In this document: positions 60,983 to 64,000 of the stretch, one piece after another
Position numbering within the stretch: position 1 is the stretch's first letter
Layout: each line of letters begins with the position of its first letter
Source of the DNA: an uncultured Rikenellaceae bacterium
GTDB lineage: Bacteria; Bacteroidota; Bacteroidia; Bacteroidales; VadinHA17
Length of the DNA stretch: 64,000 bases
NCBI GenBank assembly: GCA_964514725.1
Contig: CAZEUL010000020.1
Span: 11,394 to 75,393, forward strand
Direction: 5' to 3'
Notes under the pieces: generated by a model
What the model saw: the letters and a program-made list of their open reading frames with translations, nothing else
What the model was told of the DNA's origin: nothing
The model's database searches: none
Program-made: the position numbers and the translations under genes

Positions 60983-62374
60983 ATGAATTTAAAATATAAC
61001 TGGAGATATCTTTTTATAATCACCTCAATTTCAGCTCTTGGCGGGCTTCTATTTGGATATGATTGGGTAGTTATAGGTGGAGCAAAACCATTCTATGAAG
61101 CTCATTTTGCAATTAGCGGGAATGCCTACCTGCAGGGTTGGGCAATGAGCAGTGCACTTATCGGTTGTCTGTCAGGCGCTGCGTTATCCGGTTGGTTAAG
61201 TGACAGGTTCGGAAGGAAAAAGTTATTGATTGTATCCGCAGGGCTTTTTATTCTCGCATCGTTTGGAACAGGATCGGCCGGCAGTTATTCCGAGTTTGTT
61301 GTTTTCAGAATTGTGGGTGGCATTGGCATCGGCCTTGCCTCTAATCTCTCACCAATGTATATTGCCGAGATAACTCCAGCCAATGTAAGGGGGAGGTTTG
61401 TTTCCATAAATCAGCTTACAATAGTTATTGGGATTCTCATTGCCCAGTATGTGAACTGGAAAATAGCGAAGCCGGTTCCGGAAGATGCAACTCTCACAGA
61501 AATAATGACTTCATGGAACGGGCAGTTTGGATGGAGATGGATGTTTTACGCTTGTGCAGTTCCGGCAGCTCTGTTTTTTATCCTTATGTGGTTTGTTCCT
61601 GAAAGCCCGAGATTCCTTGCAAAAGGAAGATGCAACAGGATGAAGGTATTTCATATTCTTCACAGGATCGGCGGAGATGAATATGCTGATGCAGAGTTAG
61701 AAGCTATAAGCCGGACTATTTATCCGGAAAAAAAGAAAGTTGATTTTCAATTACTTAGAAACTCCGGCTTTTTAAAGTTGCTTGCCATCGGTGTTGTGAT
61801 TGCGGTTTTCCAGCAATGGTGTGGCATAAATGTAATTTTCAATTATGCTCACGAAATTTTTGCCAATGCCGGATACAGTGTATCTGATACGCTTTTCAAT
61901 ATAGTAATAACAGGAAGTGTCAATCTGGTATTCACACTGGTGGGGATGTTCACGGTTGACAAGCTTGGACGAAAGGTGCTGATGCTTATTGGAGCAGCCG
62001 GTCTGGCAGGAATATTCACTATCATTGGAGCTATGTATTATGTACACCTGCAGGGAGTTCCACTGCTTATTATGGTTGTTGCGGCTATAGCATGTTATGG
62101 AATGTCACTTGCCCCTGTTACCTGGGTGGTTTTGTCAGAGATCTTTCCCAACCGTATAAGAGGTTTTGCAATGTCAATATCCACATTTGCATTGTGGAGT
62201 GCATGTTTTGTCTTAACCTATACTTTCCCGATTTTAAATAAGACATTAAAGGCCTCAGGAACATTCTGGCTCTATGGATTCATTTGTGTACTTGGCTTTT
62301 GGTTCATTCTTAAAAAACTGCCTGAAACCAAAGGAAAGACCCTGGAAGATATCGAACACGAGCTGGTTGATTAA
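60983..62374 (+). CDS. MFS sugar porter (XylE/GalP-like sugar:H+ symporter)
   Basis: 463 aa with the sugar-porter signatures GRKKLL, PESPRFL and PETKGKTLEDIE. Confidence 0.9.
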   Translation: MNLKYNWRYLFIITSISALGGLLFGYDWVVIGGAKPFYEAHFAISGNAYLQGWAMSSALIGCLSGAALSGWLSDRFGRKKLLIVSAGLFILASFGTGSAGSYSEFVVFRIVGGIGIGLASNLSPMYIAEITPANVRGRFVSINQLTIVIGILIAQYVNWKIAKPVPEDATLTEIMTSWNGQFGWRWMFYACAVPAALFFILMWFVPESPRFLAKGRCNRMKVFHILHRIGGDEYADAELEAISRTIYPEKKKVDFQLLRNSGFLKLLAIGVVIAVFQQWCGINVIFNYAHEIFANAGYSVSDTLFNIVITGSVNLVFTLVGMFTVDKLGRKVLMLIGAAGLAGIFTIIGAMYYVHLQGVPLLIMVVAAIACYGMSLAPVTWVVLSEIFPNRIRGFAMSISTFALWSACFVLTYTFPILNKTLKASGTFWLYGFICVLGFWFILKKLPETKGKTLEDIEHELVD

Positions 62375-63369
62375 TAGCGGTCGAGCCACCTGAACCGTTT
62401 GGCGCTGTCTCCAAATCTAATGGCAATTGTGAGTTCATGGGTTCCATATGTCGCCCTGTGGATCTGGTTTAATGCATAATCGAATGAGTATCCAAAGTAC
62501 ATTGATCTCATTTTCACCCTGCTGTTTACATATTTCATTCCGATATTGACAATCAAAGCACTTCCTGTTCTGTATGAAACGCCAGCCCATAATTTCATAT
62601 CATATATATATGTAAGACCCAAATCAGCCTGAGGTCTGAATTGTTCTGAAATTTTAAGAAGGACAGAAGGCTGTATTTCAGCTTTCACCCCTGAGTAAAA
62701 ATTGTAAGAACCAAATAAATAGTAATGTCTGTCCATCCAATAGTTTTTATATGCGTAGTTCCCGATTTTGGCAATTGCCCCGAATAACTGTTGTCCTGAG
62801 AACCCTACACTATACTTTGGATTTAATAAGTATACTCCAAAATCAACATCCGGGATAAATACTCCTCTGCGGAGATTATCATTTAACCATGGTTCATCAG
62901 GATCCTCGAAACTTGTTTCATCAGCTGAAATCCTAAAGTGATATCCGGTAAAATCAATGCCAAAGGAAAGCTGTGTATAGTCCTCAACCCACATATGGTA
63001 TGAATAGGACATCATGAATCCTGTCCTGTGAATAAGGCCATTCTTATCACTGAATATGTAACCTCCCATTCCTACTTTTCCTTCGGTTTTTGGCCGGTAA
63101 ACATTCTCTCTGAAAAGACCGTCTCTCAGCCTGTAACCTCTTTTCAGAAACCTTGTCTGATAACTAAGGGAATATGTTCGTGGTGCTCCTGAATAGCCTA
63201 TCCATTGTTCACGTGCGGTAATATTGAAGCTTGTAAAACCATCACTTCCAGCAATTGCAGGATTAATCAGATATTTGTTATAAAGATACTGGCTGTACAA
63301 AGGAAGCTGCTGGGCAAACAGAGCTTGTCCTGCCAGACAAAAGAGAAATAGAATAAGCAGCTTCTTCAT
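62371..63369 (-). CDS. PorP/SprF-family T9SS outer-membrane protein
   Basis: 332 aa with a signal peptide followed by the canonical QQLPLYSQYLYNKYLINPAIAG start of PorP/SprF proteins. Beta-barrel-like. Confidence 0.85.
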   Translation of the reverse strand: MKKLLILFLFCLAGQALFAQQLPLYSQYLYNKYLINPAIAGSDGFTSFNITAREQWIGYSGAPRTYSLSYQTRFLKRGYRLRDGLFRENVYRPKTEGKVGMGGYIFSDKNGLIHRTGFMMSYSYHMWVEDYTQLSFGIDFTGYHFRISADETSFEDPDEPWLNDNLRRGVFIPDVDFGVYLLNPKYSVGFSGQQLFGAIAKIGNYAYKNYWMDRHYYLFGSYNFYSGVKAEIQPSVLLKISEQFRPQADLGLTYIYDMKLWAGVSYRTGSALIVNIGMKYVNSRVKMRSMYFGYSFDYALNQIHRATYGTHELTIAIRFGDSAKRFRWLDRY

Positions 63370-63537
63370 TCTAAAATTGACTAATAGTTCGATAATTCAA
63401 TGAAAAAATACTACAAATTAGGGCGATAAAGAAAAATTTTTGATCAATTATTGTAACATATTGATCAATCAACCTTAAGATAATATTGAACTTTTGATAT
63501 TTAATCTTAGCCATTTCTATGTTTAATAATACCATTT

Positions 63538-64000
63538 TTACCTAACGATAGTTACGCTGCCCATTATAGGTCTCAGACCATTATGAAGTTCAATCACATA
63601 ATGATAAGAATCAATCGGAAGTCTTTTACCATTGCTTCTTCCATCCCATGGATTCGGATAACCTTTTTCAGATTTCCATACCATCTGTCCCCACCTGTTG
63701 TAGACAGTTATCTCACAATTAGGATAGTATTCAATTTCACCAATGTTCCAGACATCATTTATGTTATCTCTGTTTGGAGAGAATGCCTCAGGAATAATCA
63801 GACAATTTTCATTAAGCGATGTTACGTGTGCTCCATCAGTTTCAATGCAACCGTTATTATCGGTAACAGTAAGGGTATAAATGCCTTCACGCACATCAAT
63901 GAGGTTTCTTTCTCTTGAATTATCCGACCATAGGTATGAAAAATCGACACCGGGCACACCACCTGTGACAACGGGTCTGACAGCACCGTCAGGTTTTTCA
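63538..64000 (-). CDS. C-terminal part of a large surface protein with a T9SS type-B (gliding-motility-associated, CHU_C-like) sorting domain. The 5' part lies off the right edge.
   Basis: The frame is open to position 64000. The C-terminus reads IPEAFSPNRDNINDVW...ITVYNRWGQMVW...WDGRSNGKRLPIDSYHYVI, typical of the type-B CTD. It lies directly upstream of a porP/sprF-like gene. Confidence 0.8.
   Translation of the reverse strand, partial: EKPDGAVRPVVTGGVPGVDFSYLWSDNSRERNLIDVREGIYTLTVTDNNGCIETDGAHVTSLNENCLIIPEAFSPNRDNINDVWNIGEIEYYPNCEITVYNRWGQMVWKSEKGYPNPWDGRSNGKRLPIDSYHYVIELHNGLRPIMGSVTIVR

Overview
This window reads as a chromosomal, mostly housekeeping segment of an AT-rich Bacteroidota genome. 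Supporting signs are type IX secretion genes (sprA at the left edge, a porP/sprF-like gene plus type-B CTD cargo at the right edge, one small type-A CTD protein), an LpxC-FabZ fusion, and TAnnTTTG -7 promoter boxes. About 55 tightly packed genes are supported. They include gcvH, the rimP-nusA-infB operon, a GH2 glycosidase, lpxD-lpxC/fabZ-lpxA, thiL, and a complete suf cluster (sufBCDS-sufE-DUF59) followed by queG. Also present are two ECF sigma factors, kdsB, a sigma-54 activator, an lptE-like gene, secG, groES-groEL, lepA, an OmpR/HK pair, acpP-fabF-rnc, purN, leuS and tRNA-Arg(CCG). I found no IS element, integrase, CRISPR array, prophage or recognisable defence gene, and no convincing novel multi-gene protein system. 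The most interesting leads are mostly non-coding or regulatory: (1) a -24/-12 (sigma-54-type) promoter-like element in front of groES, which lacks a canonical sigmaA -7 box, 2.4 kb downstream of a sensor-less sigma-54 activator; (2) a 168-nt extended imperfect palindrome between groEL and lepA; (3) an orphan promoter-to-terminator unit of about 115 nt (candidate sRNA) between the histidine kinase and the rnc operon; (4) a canonical intrinsic terminator between the predicted promoter and the start codon of rimP-nusA-infB; (5) a CarH/LitR-like MerR regulator whose cobalamin-ligand residues are substituted; (6) an ECF sigma / anti-sigma / doubly anchored lipoprotein module of unknown function; (7) a decaying MFS transporter pseudogene in which three Trp codons have become stop codons. 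All functional calls rest on my recognition of motifs in the supplied translations. No database search was run.
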